64,000 nucleotides of DNA from Methylococcales bacterium (lineage in GTDB: Bacteria; Pseudomonadota; Gammaproteobacteria; JABHGC01), in assembly GCA_018672285.1 (NCBI GenBank), contig JABHGC010000099.1, positions 4,734 through 68,733 of the forward strand, given 5' to 3'. A program made the translations under genes and the position numbers. Each line of letters starts with the position of its first letter. Positions within the stretch are counted from its first letter, which is position 1. The notes under the pieces were generated by a model. That model saw only the letters and a program-made list of their open reading frames with translations, was not told where the DNA came from and ran no database searches. Below, piece after piece: positions 53,701 to 58,900 of the stretch.

Positions 53701-55955
53701 TATTCGCTTTCGATTTTAAGCGTTATATTACTGATGCAATCTTGTTGATTCAGCGTATTTGTAGCCGCATTTTGGTAAGCGACACAGCCACCAAATTCGG
53801 TGATAGAGTGCGTGAGATACAGATCCACCCCTTCAAGTGACACCTCACCTTTTAACGCAGGAGCCGTCACTACCTTAAGGCTGTTTATTGGGTTTCGAAT
53901 AAGAAACTGAAGTAACGGGATTGACGCATGCACATGCGTCACAGGCCTACTTTTCAGTAATGAAAAACCACACACGACTGAAGCGCCAACAGATAAGGCT
54001 GCCATAACATGGTTCAGCTGGTATTGGTCGGTCAAGCCTGTTAATGCAAAATATTGACTTTCAGGTTCTAATTTAACCCGGTCAATATAACCTGAAACAA
54101 CAACATGATGGTGTAATCCTGATATTTCGAGCAAAGACCATTCATTATTTTTCTGCTCTAATAAGCCGTAACTCACCCACTCTTGAGGCACATCTGGTGC
54201 CTCCCAGTGGCCTGTTAATTCAGAAAATGGAATATCACTCAACTTGACAACATTAAACTCAATATCTGAGTGAAGTGTCTCGCTAATAACGATGGCAGGC
54301 TTGACTGTTAATAACGCTTTTTCTCGATCCGCGTTATCCCACTGAGTATTAACAGGGATAAAACTGACCCCCATTCGCTGCGTTGCGAGTAGCACCTGGT
54401 AAGCATCAATATCAGATGACAGCTCTATGGCTAATTTATCGCCAGATTTAATACCCTGTTGCTGTAAATATTGTGCAATTTGATTGGATCTGACTTGCAA
54501 CCAGTGATAACTATATTCGCCAGAGCCACAGACTACGGCAATCTGCTCAGGCTGTGTTTCTGATATTTTATCGAACAGGTTAATCAGCGATGTTTTGGGA
54601 TGCGGAGCTAACGTTTGTTGTCTTGATAAATAAAGAGGTAACTGATCTAACGCCGTTGTAGGACTTGCTAAGGCACTTTGTAGCAAACATAAAAAATGCT
54701 CAGTAAACTCACTCACTCTAGCCGCTGAAAACAAATCTGCATTGTACTCCCAGCACCCGACCAATCCTTGCTCCGTTTGCTTGATCTCTAACATCAGATA
54801 AAATCGGCTTCGGCCGTAATCAATATCCATAGGCGTCATATCAACGCCACTTAAATGAGGTTGCTCTGTCACTGCATTTTGCAATGAAAACATCGTTTGG
54901 AAGAAAGGAGTGGTTGTGGTGTCTCTCTCAGGACTTAATGCTTGCACTAGCATTTCGAAAGGCACTTGCTGGTGCGTGAAAGCCGCTATGGACTGCTGCT
55001 TGATTTGCGATGCCAAAACATCAAACCCTGCACTGCCTTCCAATTGCCCTCTTATCACAACAGTATTGACAAAAAAACCAATCAAAGGTTCTAGCTCTAC
55101 TCGATCACGATTCGCAACGGGTGTGCCAACAGTAATATCTTGCTGTCCTGTCATTCGGTATAAAAACAAATGATACACCGACATCAGCAAAGCATACTGC
55201 GTTAATTCAGATTCTGAGTCTAAATAATCATAGATTGATGACTCTAGCGTTTTAGGAATGGTAAAAAGCGAATTACCACCGGCAAAAGTTTGTAGTGGTG
55301 CATGTGGAAAATCGGTTACTAATTTGAGTTTTTCGACCCCGGATAATGCATTCTTCCAGAAGGCAATATCGTTTGCCATGGTCTCTAACGTGAAATTGTC
55401 TCTCTGCCACTCTGCATAGTCAATATACTGAATCTCAAGCTCTGGCAAGTCGAGCTCTACGCCTTGTAAGCATGCCTCATAACTTAACAATAATTCCCGC
55501 ATTAACACGGCGACAGATAGCCCATCTGAAATAATATGATGCATTGAAATACAGAGCATATATTCTGCATCGGCTAATGACACAACGGCGACCCTGAGCA
55601 ACATATCAGAGGCTAAATCAAATGGCCTATTACCATGTTCTTTAGCAAACTCAACCAATGTCTGTCCTGTAGCCAGCGTTACTTGCTCAACCTCGAATGG
55701 CTCCTCTTCGCGTAAGAATTGAACAGGCTGCTCATCAACGGTTGTAAAATTCGTCACGAGTGATTCATGCCGGTCGATAATGGCTTGAAATGCTTGTTCT
55801 AATGCGGGGATATTGAGCTGACCGGCCAACTTAAAGGCAGCCGACATGTTATAAACAGACTCACCGGGTGACATTACGTCAAGCAACCACAGCCGCTCTT
55901 GTGAGTAGGATAAAGGGAATTCTTCTAAATCAATTTCGTTGTCATCGTGGTCCAT
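29709..55955 (-). CDS. non-ribosomal peptide synthetase, 7 modules (about 8750 aa). Domain order: C, degenerate A/C remnant, C', A, PCP, C, A, PCP, C, C', A, PCP, C, PCP, C, C', A, PCP, C, A, PCP, C, A, PCP, acidic C-terminal tail. No TE domain.
   Basis: 10 HHxxxDG condensation-type motifs. 6 A domains (core LAYIIYTSGSTGxPKG). 7 PCP cores (FFxLGGHSLL). Likely ATG start at 55955 (MDHDDNEIDLEEFPLSYSQERLWLL), giving a 14-nt overlap with the upstream NRPS gene; the track ORF starts at a TTG at 56042. Confidence 0.9.
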   Translation of the reverse strand: MDHDDNEIDLEEFPLSYSQERLWLLDVMSPGESVYNMSAAFKLAGQLNIPALEQAFQAIIDRHESLVTNFTTVDEQPVQFLREEEPFEVEQVTLATGQTLVEFAKEHGNRPFDLASDMLLRVAVVSLADAEYMLCISMHHIISDGLSVAVLMRELLLSYEACLQGVELDLPELEIQYIDYAEWQRDNFTLETMANDIAFWKNALSGVEKLKLVTDFPHAPLQTFAGGNSLFTIPKTLESSIYDYLDSESELTQYALLMSVYHLFLYRMTGQQDITVGTPVANRDRVELEPLIGFFVNTVVIRGQLEGSAGFDVLASQIKQQSIAAFTHQQVPFEMLVQALSPERDTTTTPFFQTMFSLQNAVTEQPHLSGVDMTPMDIDYGRSRFYLMLEIKQTEQGLVGCWEYNADLFSAARVSEFTEHFLCLLQSALASPTTALDQLPLYLSRQQTLAPHPKTSLINLFDKISETQPEQIAVVCGSGEYSYHWLQVRSNQIAQYLQQQGIKSGDKLAIELSSDIDAYQVLLATQRMGVSFIPVNTQWDNADREKALLTVKPAIVISETLHSDIEFNVVKLSDIPFSELTGHWEAPDVPQEWVSYGLLEQKNNEWSLLEISGLHHHVVVSGYIDRVKLEPESQYFALTGLTDQYQLNHVMAALSVGASVVCGFSLLKSRPVTHVHASIPLLQFLIRNPINSLKVVTAPALKGEVSLEGVDLYLTHSITEFGGCVAYQNAATNTLNQQDCISNITLKIESEYHQEQPISRLGKAVIHFSGNQYRLFDHAQKNCLHDIVTDEILYTLPAQVDSNEFSEASLSVDKALCSRLAEFCHRHELTKDAVLQSLFPLLLTQWQHVESITWTAADLITAQKNYDLALNAFSFVQLYQSDLANNPELQDLIVKPALKGCPLKHDDFHFQSIQGARCDELSHNAKIVMLANTSGNAYELTLKVQLGVISPKNLTALLNALTGLIEYFLDNSSAPVSAIDWLPKADALLLLGLSNETYLSAFAMSPVQHSLFLSAEINPNEISSSIGCAIELPKNIDVARLKYAVQQVSDANDLLRSEVKTLLQGDMKNVYFAVKKQKNTFFEAQTITDDTQLSSLTQAFINQPYILERHPLIRHKLVSTPSKCVLIVAMHHVMMDGFSESLYLNAVMQQYHCSTSDDPEQESVKPFSSFVPELRGQFDQAQAYQFWQKKREDIEPLDFKKLISDSSRIVNQNRLMTVSQNKEIQQYCNENSIPVARFLRGIYVLLLSHYCRAEKDFVVLNINAQRNEDNKAVLGCFFSAEPKYYAAKDFSGDLTCIEYFNHVGYSEAHDKLVRNVTTEFIKDNINTGRSTYIFNFFNFKSSVDIGAEQYPINIFPAHARPGEVHFVPQVRGDSIELMINYDVAVFDDLSFIDRYIHLVHQICHKAEMISDLSYLMPNEEADLQQLRESSAVSQQEIPRLLAPLLQHVKATPDAIALVQGDTQVSYRELDERSNKIANYLLDNGLKTNQPVAIGLSKSVDFSVAQIAILKAGGCYVPIDPSYPENRIEYILDNAEVKFLIHAGIDANIVCQLDLRQAGCLDGFGHEAPHVTIEPEQLAYIIYTSGSTGQPKGVAVTQKSVINLLSWYQKTLSTSATSKTLIISALGFDLTQKNLFVNLWSGGTVVFPESDYYDVDHIVETVERLQISYINCAPSAFYPLVENRANWSALASLKTVVLGGEPIELTAISDWLSHNKSSLINSYGPTECTDIAAYYKITDGVYDKPYPLPIGHANDNVQLFVLDAERKQCVPGVVGELYIAGAGVSQGYLLDAEKTKAQFLTLSIANQEQTTAYKTGDLVVMQEGELVYVGRSDHQIKLRGFRIELGEIESAIKVIPGIKDAIALVKDEQLHAFVTGAGDQVTVKAALKLSLPSYMVPAQLCFLEAFPLTPNGKIDRKALAGESIKSVDVIQTLPSDPMAVSIAEIWQNLLQREVVYLEDDFFLLGGHSLLATKLISRLNTNLNIKVPVSFAFEHTVLSDFVLALPKGGQGQSEANIPVIPRDAALPLSSAQERIWFLHQYTESSTLYNIPVGLKLTGVVDIQALVSAIEYVAEKHEVLRSVIGKVEGQLRQILGRNDKPAIFVHDYSAYDEQRFDVANGKIAEQCLNYHFELSQGPLWLTHIVRGTDSTYLYVCMHHIISDGWSLGVLFSELSDFYNAIVQKVSLPSSPLAIQYVDYAAWQRSGLEAEAVEQQYQYWQKQLNNTPVISLPTDFSRSRDVSVSGKTRLMTLDSNLAKRLNQFSESHKVTPFMLMLSAYMVLLSRYSGQDDICVGTPIAGRHHQLLEPLIGLFVNTLVMRATCAEDDSFIHLLQKIKKISLDAYENQDVPFEQLVDRLSVARDSHHSPLFQVFFSYQNNSDIKFDSAFDQLTVEPVELDVTTAKFEISLIVSQKGSTLECAFEYDDGLFSEQTIHQFSRHYKGVLEQVMNQPTANIQTLNLLTSEDYKQLSSWNATERPVQHSSVITLMQAVIQAAGQSPALEFNGQYLRYDQLEQQSNQLAYYLIAQGIKREDPVVVFLPRSFDLMVVYLGVLKAGGCYVPVDTNTPLERLAYIANDVGTKVVVSHSYLHLEEKIDLDLCLYLDQKLRAISAFPVLSLPPIDGNQLAYIIYTSGSTGQPKGVQIEHHSLINLVEWYQSCYEITSDDQLTSFAGLSFDASVWEIWVGLTSGGCLHLADDNVRHNTELAIQWFNECKITAGFMPTPMLEVALDLPWPDSLSLRVLGVGGDKLHRYVPETLPFELVNLYGPSECAVVSTHSLVTSHGDLGIPDIGQPIRNAKIYILSVHNQLVPAGVVGEICVSGTLVGRGYKNLPQLSESSFIDVDIEGQGVQRLYKTGDLGRFQHNGRIECLGRTDFQVKLRGYRIELGEIQSAILDYSGVKESIVLLNQSKGMPDRLVAYVVGLESPRMVLPDFLKKRLPDYMVPAAFVALDMLPVTANGKIDRSALPEPEAVKLDQVIDLPDTQEEKLLAAIWKDILLVDEVGRGNNFFELGGHSLLVTVLVGRIEATLHLTLSLKTIFDYPVLSALAGHIRKCQQDNQQAVFPDVVSVERTINQPLSYAQQRFWFVEKFAPDTAVYNIPFAFKITSNLTLTVLRQAINDLVRRHEVLRTRIQERNSNTPFQVVSAYDPEEFVVENYAALNDAEFNRKVQDYVAQEVKKPIALTEEKLWRVKLLKHSDDEMVVIFNFHHAIMDGWSVNVLLEDFQIAYHARKAGQAPLFKAKEYDYLDFTVWQRQWLSDEVLQQQLGYWKNHLRNVSNLAMPVDYKAPKDPTFKGGAVTFTLAKETQEKLATFVANVNSTTFMVMLAAYHVLLTRYTKQQDICIGTAVSGRGREKWSSVLGCFVNTLPLRNQSGDNPSFIDFVKRVTQNTLTAFEHQDTPFEKIVDHIGIDRSTTESPLFQTAFSLQSKMMGDIHAELDGQSLEQIEMPVIFAKLNLMLVMVEKDSGLEGIIEYQTDIFSHKTIQDLAANYQAILLSLITAPQQHIHAAHMLDEVQLGHCLQIDFKAYSGIKRLTPVQRDLYIECELDPDTLSSSIGVSFVVNEKLDPSLARDALQWIQDNTEVLRADVIASTEPYLQPAYFAIRHQKTVSLEIETRSEAVSEAQIKALVDDFVYQPYQIIQHSLLKHKLILLEDGRSLFIFAVHHILMDGFSESLYVNYFSRIYNALASNEVPKFDVRNCFEDTQDIRQLYDTEQVYQTWASYGHDCEGFQLGRKKGDTDIRSIQRPLPSALFTDLTAFSQVHRIGIPAILRACYVMLLQHYQRVDHPFVVSDILGERTRKNLRSIGCFYVRLPVVYTAELFTKESVIFDLIKHFYQFKQSVSDTRFISNNLYSQLFDPSDLNFIYNYFNMPSAIDISGQKASIEINAAMPRPGEIHFVPKETPGGLTLHLNYDASVFTEVDFLQRVEQLLATLLTQEAMISEYCFLNAHEAQQVMATFEQSHQPHANTSGSVLAPYLKAATENPEQIAIKQGRDSLSYQALETRTNQLAGELLTQGVKPGQAVAIVLPKGLNFVVSIVTILKVGAHYVPLDQDYPDQRIRYILNDANIAVVMTNTTLSKKLGGALWVDVDADYTHHIDALPIVQVSESDRLYMIYTSGSTGQPKGVAVRHRQALNLLSWYCSEMKITASSSAIIISAMGFDLTQKNIFSLLWQGGTIVFPVSSRYDVDDIVSAISMHSVTLINCAPSAFYAVAEIQRYWSNLASLTTVVLGGERIEYARLQPWLQYQSAELINSYGPTECTDIAAFYRVKSDHGLEQEIPIGKANDNVQLYVLDSNRKLTVPSLQGELYIGGSGLSEGYVFDAVKTAESFVNVSFPDGRVVPLYKTGDLVHYDEDYNLIYDGRTDHQVKLRGLRIELGEIESIARQCDKVTEALAQIRDERIVLYITGNNDVQAVAESMAVDLADYMLPSVIVSLAAFPLTANGKIDRQSLPEPTTQRASKTPASTDIELDIAGLWKNLLSLEQVYLEDHFFDLGGHSLLATQVISYVRKVYQIELPVRLIFDQPTLQTFCQAIATLKGESSSASGLVNIQQREPGSSVPLSFSQERLWFLQKLEPDSTAYHIPVAVTLKGELDIAALQAALSSVVSRHEILRSIVNDQSEDPEWILLGDLELTVETFDISDASEAEQSRLLANYLSELQGQPFNFLRGPLFQCSLIKCHDAKHILYLNMHHIISDGWSMGTLFKELSAFYKSYTQHQPVSIDSMPIQYGDYAVWQRLLEGDDEFQQHYDYWLKYLADPVVLSLPFDHEPEPGVERRGDLYHFTLPDELVVELEKMAKARGVTLYMILMSGYCLLMHRYSSQHDVCVGTPVAGRQWHEVQPLIGFFVNTVVIRSNVAAELSFDQYLMAFKHDLLNAFTHQVIPFEQIVDALNIVRNTMQPPIFQTLFTFQNQSDIDFSDGFSNLDVESYALAHNTAKYDVSITLEKVDSGIAGALEFDVTRFSSTSISAMAEHYIQLLTLAVESPGVLVEKLTLLSVDACQASIEQQKALAIKLSQSGDLNTPVALVPPRDYWETALFEIWQTLLPTQEFGVLDDFFALGGHSLLAIKLITKIDQQMGLSIALKDIFAHTSIEKIARLLQQIKPNEQQIVAIDRANTIPLTFAQERLWLLYQLQPESPAYNIPSAIQLKGPLNRVALQAALNDMLARHEILRAKIVSGVGSAAIEIMPKSSLGINWVSIESPAEDSGSDVDALISEFSLTPFNLEYDDLVRVMCVALSEELHILCVNIHHIIFDGWSNSIFNEELMVLYQSHDSGKGTLLQPVHTQYADFAHWQRGYLQGDVLEEQLAYWVSQLKGIPAVLSLPTDRPRPAVQTTNGRTLSFTIDGEVTNAAKKYASDNQSTLFMLLLGTYQLLLSRYSGQDDIVVGSPIAGRESAQTERMLGYFVNALVFRGQLSGNLTGQQLLQQTREAVVGGFAHQYLPFEALVDAVQPERNLSYPPIAQVGFALQNMPSTNMTLEALSVDSYEITTDTAKYDLILMLHDSPHGDNLVGNIEYNTDLFDQSTIEQFSRHFEYLLGQMVSLPDQALSSYALFPDHQMYLALSLNPEDYEYIVPLTSTQRDLYMHSHVHADTLDNSLGCSFEMRTDIDPDQWAQALQVVTNVHSVLRTDVVPADKPYLDMAYLAVAKTKKVALDYRDLSAMKLSHSEFLNYINAEVYRSFNVSKDALICHYLFKLADEHYVSLLAGHHLSIDGAGGTLHMQQVCQVYQAQSSGETWQPEFVDFTDYVHDQAAVFDLADDLLHWQSKLKDVQPLDFPKPDVTKVEQLCDSVSIGSALWKQFRSACRRHKSTPSLVLKSLYGLLLQQYCRPTNDFVVYEIISGRKKQHNRAIGCYYQQVPVLFQQALMQPSNVLSEYLNHIKQAQKQLGSAQNISVLQQQKLIQHGRIGFLYNYYDFHHIIDFMGQKQRLQHYPPRVPVGQVQLIAKQMSDDLLLECHYHTQDFNSFAAMRRLKSVIEQFVEGVDTIADLSWVTGEENAQLDRWNNTSAIHEPNYSNIIDAIQLQMQNNPDALAVQQGEQCFTYRDIEQQSLSLATRLQRLGITSNQAVAICTSRGADFIVALLATLKAGGYYVPLDPTYPNARLQYIVEDCQAQVLLSQSRLNVLPDYSGIRVDLDKPVKVDVATFSTVATTSNALAYMIYTSGSTGQPKGVGVKHSGIANLLHWYTKTLSIDEADGAIIISALGFDLTQKNLFALLWQGGRLIFPQFDHYDVDDIANTMSKYRPTLLNCAPSAFYPLCELPSQYGALSSLKSICLGGEPIERSKIKDYCTQSSVTVFNSYGPTECTDIAAFYELKSKDLKGGHSIPIGRPNDNVSLLVLNSQLQSVPIGITGELYISGAGVSLGYINDAEKTQKVFIKNPTTGQEMYQTGDLVYYRADGQLVFVGRVDSQVKLRGLRIEIGEIEFAIRGYDAKLHPFVMVVDDVLVAYLVGSFDQALLSESIATFLPDYMVPTRFVSLQEFPLTPNGKIDKKALPTPDLQQLSYVAPSSTLEKQLCQYWSELLAISKVGVEDNFFALGGHSLSATQLISWIRKQYAVELPLADIFQQPTVKRLAENIVQLEAGQTNDIQVRDESMSARAPLSFAQERMWFIQNLIPESTQYNIASAVTIKGGLNVTAIQIAITTISQRHEVLRTRFPDEQGIAVQVIDPEARVTVEQFDIGCYDIERQSDEVRLRIQQDQNTVFNLAEGPLFKCTVLQLTDNHHVLMLTIHHIIADGWSSQVMLKELMAVYLAEQESRAVRLPHLSVQYADYAIWQRDYEQSEKYGADLGYWQSQLQGVDPLVLPVDYTRPSVQTFAGAHLQFSIPALTMQGLKRLANDSGATEFMVLMTVYHVLLSRLSGQQDFAVGVPTAGRSQAEIEPLIGAFINSLAIRNALLPEMPFSSALEQVKKTVLSAFLHDKISFEKIVEAVSEGRDLTHAPIYQTFFTLQNLANDSLVIEGLEIEPFEMVSTTAKFDLSLVTWFADDGCLECVFEYNTDLFSADSIARFGQYFKHILEQVVVDESLEIGRLTLLSESDRTTILHDWNQAHSHSSSNQNDSIVSRFQQSAQQFPERIALQQQQRSMNYQQVDVMSNQLAYYLIEQGIGVESIVGVYIHRSMMMLVCQLAIMKSGAAYLPIDPAYPEDRVNYMLNDSGAQFVFTETALTMQDVEGVVRFDVDNDLTVIEPFSQEALCVATSLNDLAYVIYTSGSTGKPKGVQIEQRSLSHFLAWAIREFAITEADKVSQVAGVAFDAAIIDSWPFLAQGACVCLVNDIDRMDPERMQQWLLEHGVTVSFLPTSLTERVLDLDWPAQTKLRYVLTGGDLLHRYPKEGLPFALYNLYGPTEVTILVTAGEVPCRTENRLPSIGKPIDNAEIYILDSNMQPQPMGVAGDLYLTGAGLFRGYINQPELTQAVLIDNPIAGSQYDKLYKTGDLARFRGDGQVEFMGRSDQQVKLRGYRIELGEIEAVLAEYEAISESVVLVHQDEHGIDRLVAYVTWVSGSVGVADEIKAHCQQVLPDYMVPQVIQQIDLVPLTANGKVDRKALPDPQVSSWDTMQFVPPESSDEILLADCWREVLKVDKISIYDDFFAIGGHSLLAAQLAARIRESFEIEFPLQKVFEFSTLENMARCLAELRMNESSVVLPAVEVAPSRENLPLTFAQERLWFLEKFSPGLVAYHIPGFFRLKGSIDLDAINRAYNALLLRHESLRTVFSTVDEKAVQSIMPPEPVSIEVVDLSAYLGEVLVAKTEQTAFDEVSIPFDLELGLPVRLKLIKQSPDHYVLVLTLHHIISDGWSMGVFLSEFAHFYRAFSQDTPPTLPVLDIQYPDYAYWQRRWLSGDVLQAQMDFWHDQLQGIEALELPLDRSRPAVQTYQGALHHFEWEHELVERLHSLSKEQGVTLFMVLISAYSVLLQRYSGQDDFCIGTPVAGRTHKSFEHLIGYFVNTLPIRANLTDDPSFVEVIQALKKTTLDAFSHQVVPLERIVEQLKLPRDTSRTPLFQTLFTLQNLPLTEETIELPELVIEPVSVEAAVAKFELSLTMTEVDGRLKGIVEFNTDLFDAETIEQMMDNFQLLLSATLDNPSAQVKSVALVDAAAVSRLCQFGQGPVIDRSSDGTLLSCFTEYAQSHDNEVVVQCGERQWTYAQLDARAEHIASILEEEVIAGSMVALCMPRQSDLVASMLTVIKLGCAYVPIDPSYPADRITYMLQDSEVNLVISTSDVSLPERVSCNTLLVDSLVFNTRKRLKKTRKVTAADPAYMIYTSGSTGLPKGVVVPHGAVMNHMLWMQNRFEFSGSDTLLQKTPYSFDASIWEFWAPLLSGIKMVLAKPEGHKDTDYMIGEIKRHNVSVLQVVPSLLKMLLLSPEIVDCTSLRLIFCGGEALTQDVVKDVAILLPEARVVNLYGPTEASIDSTFYIASDEHEDVGVPIGVPIDNAAVYVLDEGLNFVPEGVSGELHIAGSGLALGYFKRETLTNERFIVADIQGIPTRLYKTGDLVRWSKEGILHYIGRADNQVKLRGYRIELGEVEAKIQALPEVQDVVAMASKQRLVAYVVCSGEFDEQAMKRALRGELPDFMVPTVWMHQQALPLSPSGKVDRHRLPEPVVVSDIPYVAPETPTEILLAVMWAELLSVEQVGIHDVFFDLGGHSLLATQLAAKIMAECDVELPLRQIFETPTIADLAKAIDAIEPQQLTVIGKVARESVVFEDEDSADLGEDDIDLQLAELDGMSDEEMDAMLNNLMDDDDDE
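37968..39260 (-). other. C' domain 3 (HHLSIDGAGG), after C7 and before A4
   Basis: aa ~5595-6025. Starts TSTQRDLYMHS. Contains RAIGCYYQQVPVLF and FLYNYYDF. Confidence 0.5.
40653..40880 (-). other. carrier protein (PCP) of an A-less module (C6-PCP, followed directly by C7)
   Basis: aa ~5055-5130. DDFFALGGHSLLAIKL verified on the DNA at 40746-40793. No adenylation motifs lie between C6 (HH at aa 4721) and this PCP. Confidence 0.75.
44073..45380 (-). other. C' domain 2 (HHILMDGFSESLY), directly after a complete C domain and before A3
   Basis: aa ~3555-3990. Starts TPVQRDLY. Contains RSIGCFYVRLPVVY and NFIYNYFNM. Confidence 0.5.
51678..52970 (-). other. C' domain 1: condensation-superfamily domain with E-like motifs (HHVMMDGFSESLY), between C1 and A1
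   Basis: aa ~1025-1455. Starts SPVQHSLF. Contains AVLGCFFSAEPKYY and YIFNFFNF, which resemble E-domain motifs E5 and E7. Confidence 0.5.
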
Positions 55956-58900
55956 TTGATTTTTTTCGACGCCTTGTTTTTTTAGTAAGGGGTTTGATAT
56001 CTGCAATTTTTTGACTATCAGCGACTTTGTCGGCCAAGTCAATGGCTTTTGAAAGACCTTCTAAAGTCGGCTCATCAAAAAATACCTGCAAAGGTATTTT
56101 GCACGAAAATTGGCTCAATATTCTAGAAAGTACTTGTGTCACTAACAATGAGTGCCCGCCAAGCTCAAAAAAGCTATCACCGCGATTAACTTTGTCGATA
56201 CTGAGTACTTCACACCAAATTTTCGCCAGTGCTTTTTCTGTATCCGTTTCAGCTTCACCACTGATTTTTTCAGTAGAGTCAATATGTTCTGGCGCAGGCA
56301 GTGCTGCACGATCGACCTTTCCACTATCGAGTAAAGGTAATCCATCTAAGTGAACGAACGATTTAGGTACTAAGAATTCAGGGAAGTAGCCATTGAGGTA
56401 ACGCCTTAAGTGACCCATTGTATGAGTAGATAACCAATAATGTTCAGATTGCATAACACTAAGCACACTCTGATAAAACCGTACCTGTGTTTCTTTATCG
56501 ATATTTAATTGAACACTGGCGAAGGTATTATTGACCCACAATAACTTGCCCTCAACCCAGCTTGAAACAGACTCACCTGGAAGTGCGATCAGCAATGATA
56601 TCAAGTCATCTTGACGACACTCTTTAGGTACATTTTTAAGTCGAATATACCCCACGGACAAATCTTCGGTATCCACTTTATACAAATGCCCCGAAGACAT
56701 TAATTTGAGCTGGCACTGTTGATGCAACGGTACCCTGAGACGTGAGCGTCTTGGGTCTGAGACATTCAATCTTCTCAAGTCAAATAAATTAAAGCCATGA
56801 TCAGCAATGATACCTGAAATCATATCACTGACCTGACCGACATCTTCACTTAACTCTAACAAAATGCCAGCAGATCCGGACTGGCACCACACCATTTTAC
56901 CGGTAATTTTTCCGACCTGAGGGAAGTTTTCTAACTCGAGGCTGACTCTCTGCCCTTTTTGCCAGTAACTTGGCACGTTCATTAACTTCAAGCCACGCTT
57001 TGAGATATCTTCAGTGGTCACGGTAACAGGGTCATGCCCTTCTACTCTTGCTGTACAACTAATTTTAAACAGCACTCTATCAGCAACAATGCTCGACACC
57101 AAATAGGCTACTAACCCCATTTGCCCTTTCTCATCTTTCCTAGCCACCACCACACTTTCATGTACGGCAGGATGCTCATTCAATACCGCTTCAATCTCTT
57201 CTAACTCTACCCGGTAACCTCTAATTTTAATTTGTAAATCAGAACGACCTACGTATTCAAGTTCCCCTGTTGCTAACCATCGAACCAAATCTCCTGTCTG
57301 ATACAATCGGCTTTGTTTGCTACTAGAAAACGGATTATGAATAAACCTAGCCTGAGTCATTTCCATTTGATTCAAGTAGCCCGAAGACAAACCTTCACCC
57401 GCGATGAACAATTCGCCAACAACACCTGTCGGTACAACATTCAAGTGCTGATCAAGCACATACACCTGGTTATTATTAATCGGCTGACCAATGGGCACAG
57501 ACTCACCTATGTGGTGCTTATCCGCAACACCAAAAGTCGCATCGATTGTCGCTTCAGCAGGCCCGTACAAATTAATTAATTGGCAGGATAAACGGCTGAA
57601 AAATTGTTGTGCCAACTCTTGAGGGAAAACTTCACCACCACAAAAAACGGTTCGCAATGAGGTACATTCTGAGAATTGTGGTTGCGCGACTAATTCGCGC
57701 AATAAGGTCGGTACAACTTGCAACAAAGTAATCTGCTGGCTCAATATCAACTCAATTAAGCGTTTTGCATCACCCACTTCATTTAAGGTCGTTACTTGGT
57801 TTTCAACTTGATTGGGTGCTGGCAGCGCGGCATAATCAATTTTACCATTCGCAGTGAGCGGCACAACATCAATTGAGACAAACGAAGACGGAATCATATA
57901 TTCAGGAATTCTCAGCTTAATAAATTGCCGAATATCCACAAACTCTATGTTGGTCGGTTTAACGATGTAACACACAATTTGTGGCTCACCGTGGCGATCA
58001 TCTTTAACAATGGTAATATTTTCTTTAACACCTGGGAATGCTGCAATGGCGGACTCAACCTCACCAAGCTCAATACGATAACCCCGTAGCTGCACTTGAT
58101 GGTCCATTCGGCCTAAATACTGCACTTCTCCGCTAGGTAGATACCGAGCCAAATCACCAGAGCGATATAACTTACCTGGAATACCCGGAAGTTGAACAAA
58201 GCGGCTTGCCGTCAACCCAGCCCGATTATGATAACCGCGCGCAACACCCTCACCAGACACACAAATTTCACCCGGTACACCCACTGCTACCGGCCTATTT
58301 TGGGCATCTAAAATATGAAGTTTCAACCCATTAATGGGTTGGCCTATAAAGTTCAAGGTGCTCATGGTTCTCAGGGCGAAATCAACATCTTCCTGTGTCA
58401 CCGGCCTGCAGGTCACATGTACAGTCGTTTCCGTAATACCATACATATTCGAAAGCTTAGGCTGGCTATCACCGTGGCGCATAACCCAAGGCTTGAGCTT
58501 TCTATAGTCTAAAACTTCGCCGCCAAAGATGACTTCTCTAAGTACCAGTGCATTTTCATCATTATCTGCCGACCTGAACAACTGCTCTTCTGCAGAGATC
58601 AACTGATAAAATTCTGATGGGGTTTGGTTAAGAATGGTCACTTTTTCTTTCACGAGCAACTGATAAAATGCTTCCGCATCTTGACTGCAGCTATCTGGCA
58701 CCAGCACCAAACGGCCGCCATACATTAATGCCCCCCAGGCTTCCCACACTGAAAAATCAAAAGCACAAGAGTGGAACATAGCCCACACATCATTGTGATC
58801 AAAATCAAATAATGGTGCTGACTGATCCATCAGACTTAAAATTTGAGCATGTTCTACCATCACACCTTTAGGCTTACCTGTTGATCCAGAAGTATAAATC

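Noticed and set aside
29709-56042. Thioesterase or reductase release domain at the C-terminus of the 8777-aa NRPS
   Set aside because: The last ~100 aa are PCP plus an acidic tail. There is no GxSxG hydrolase or NAD(P)-binding motif.
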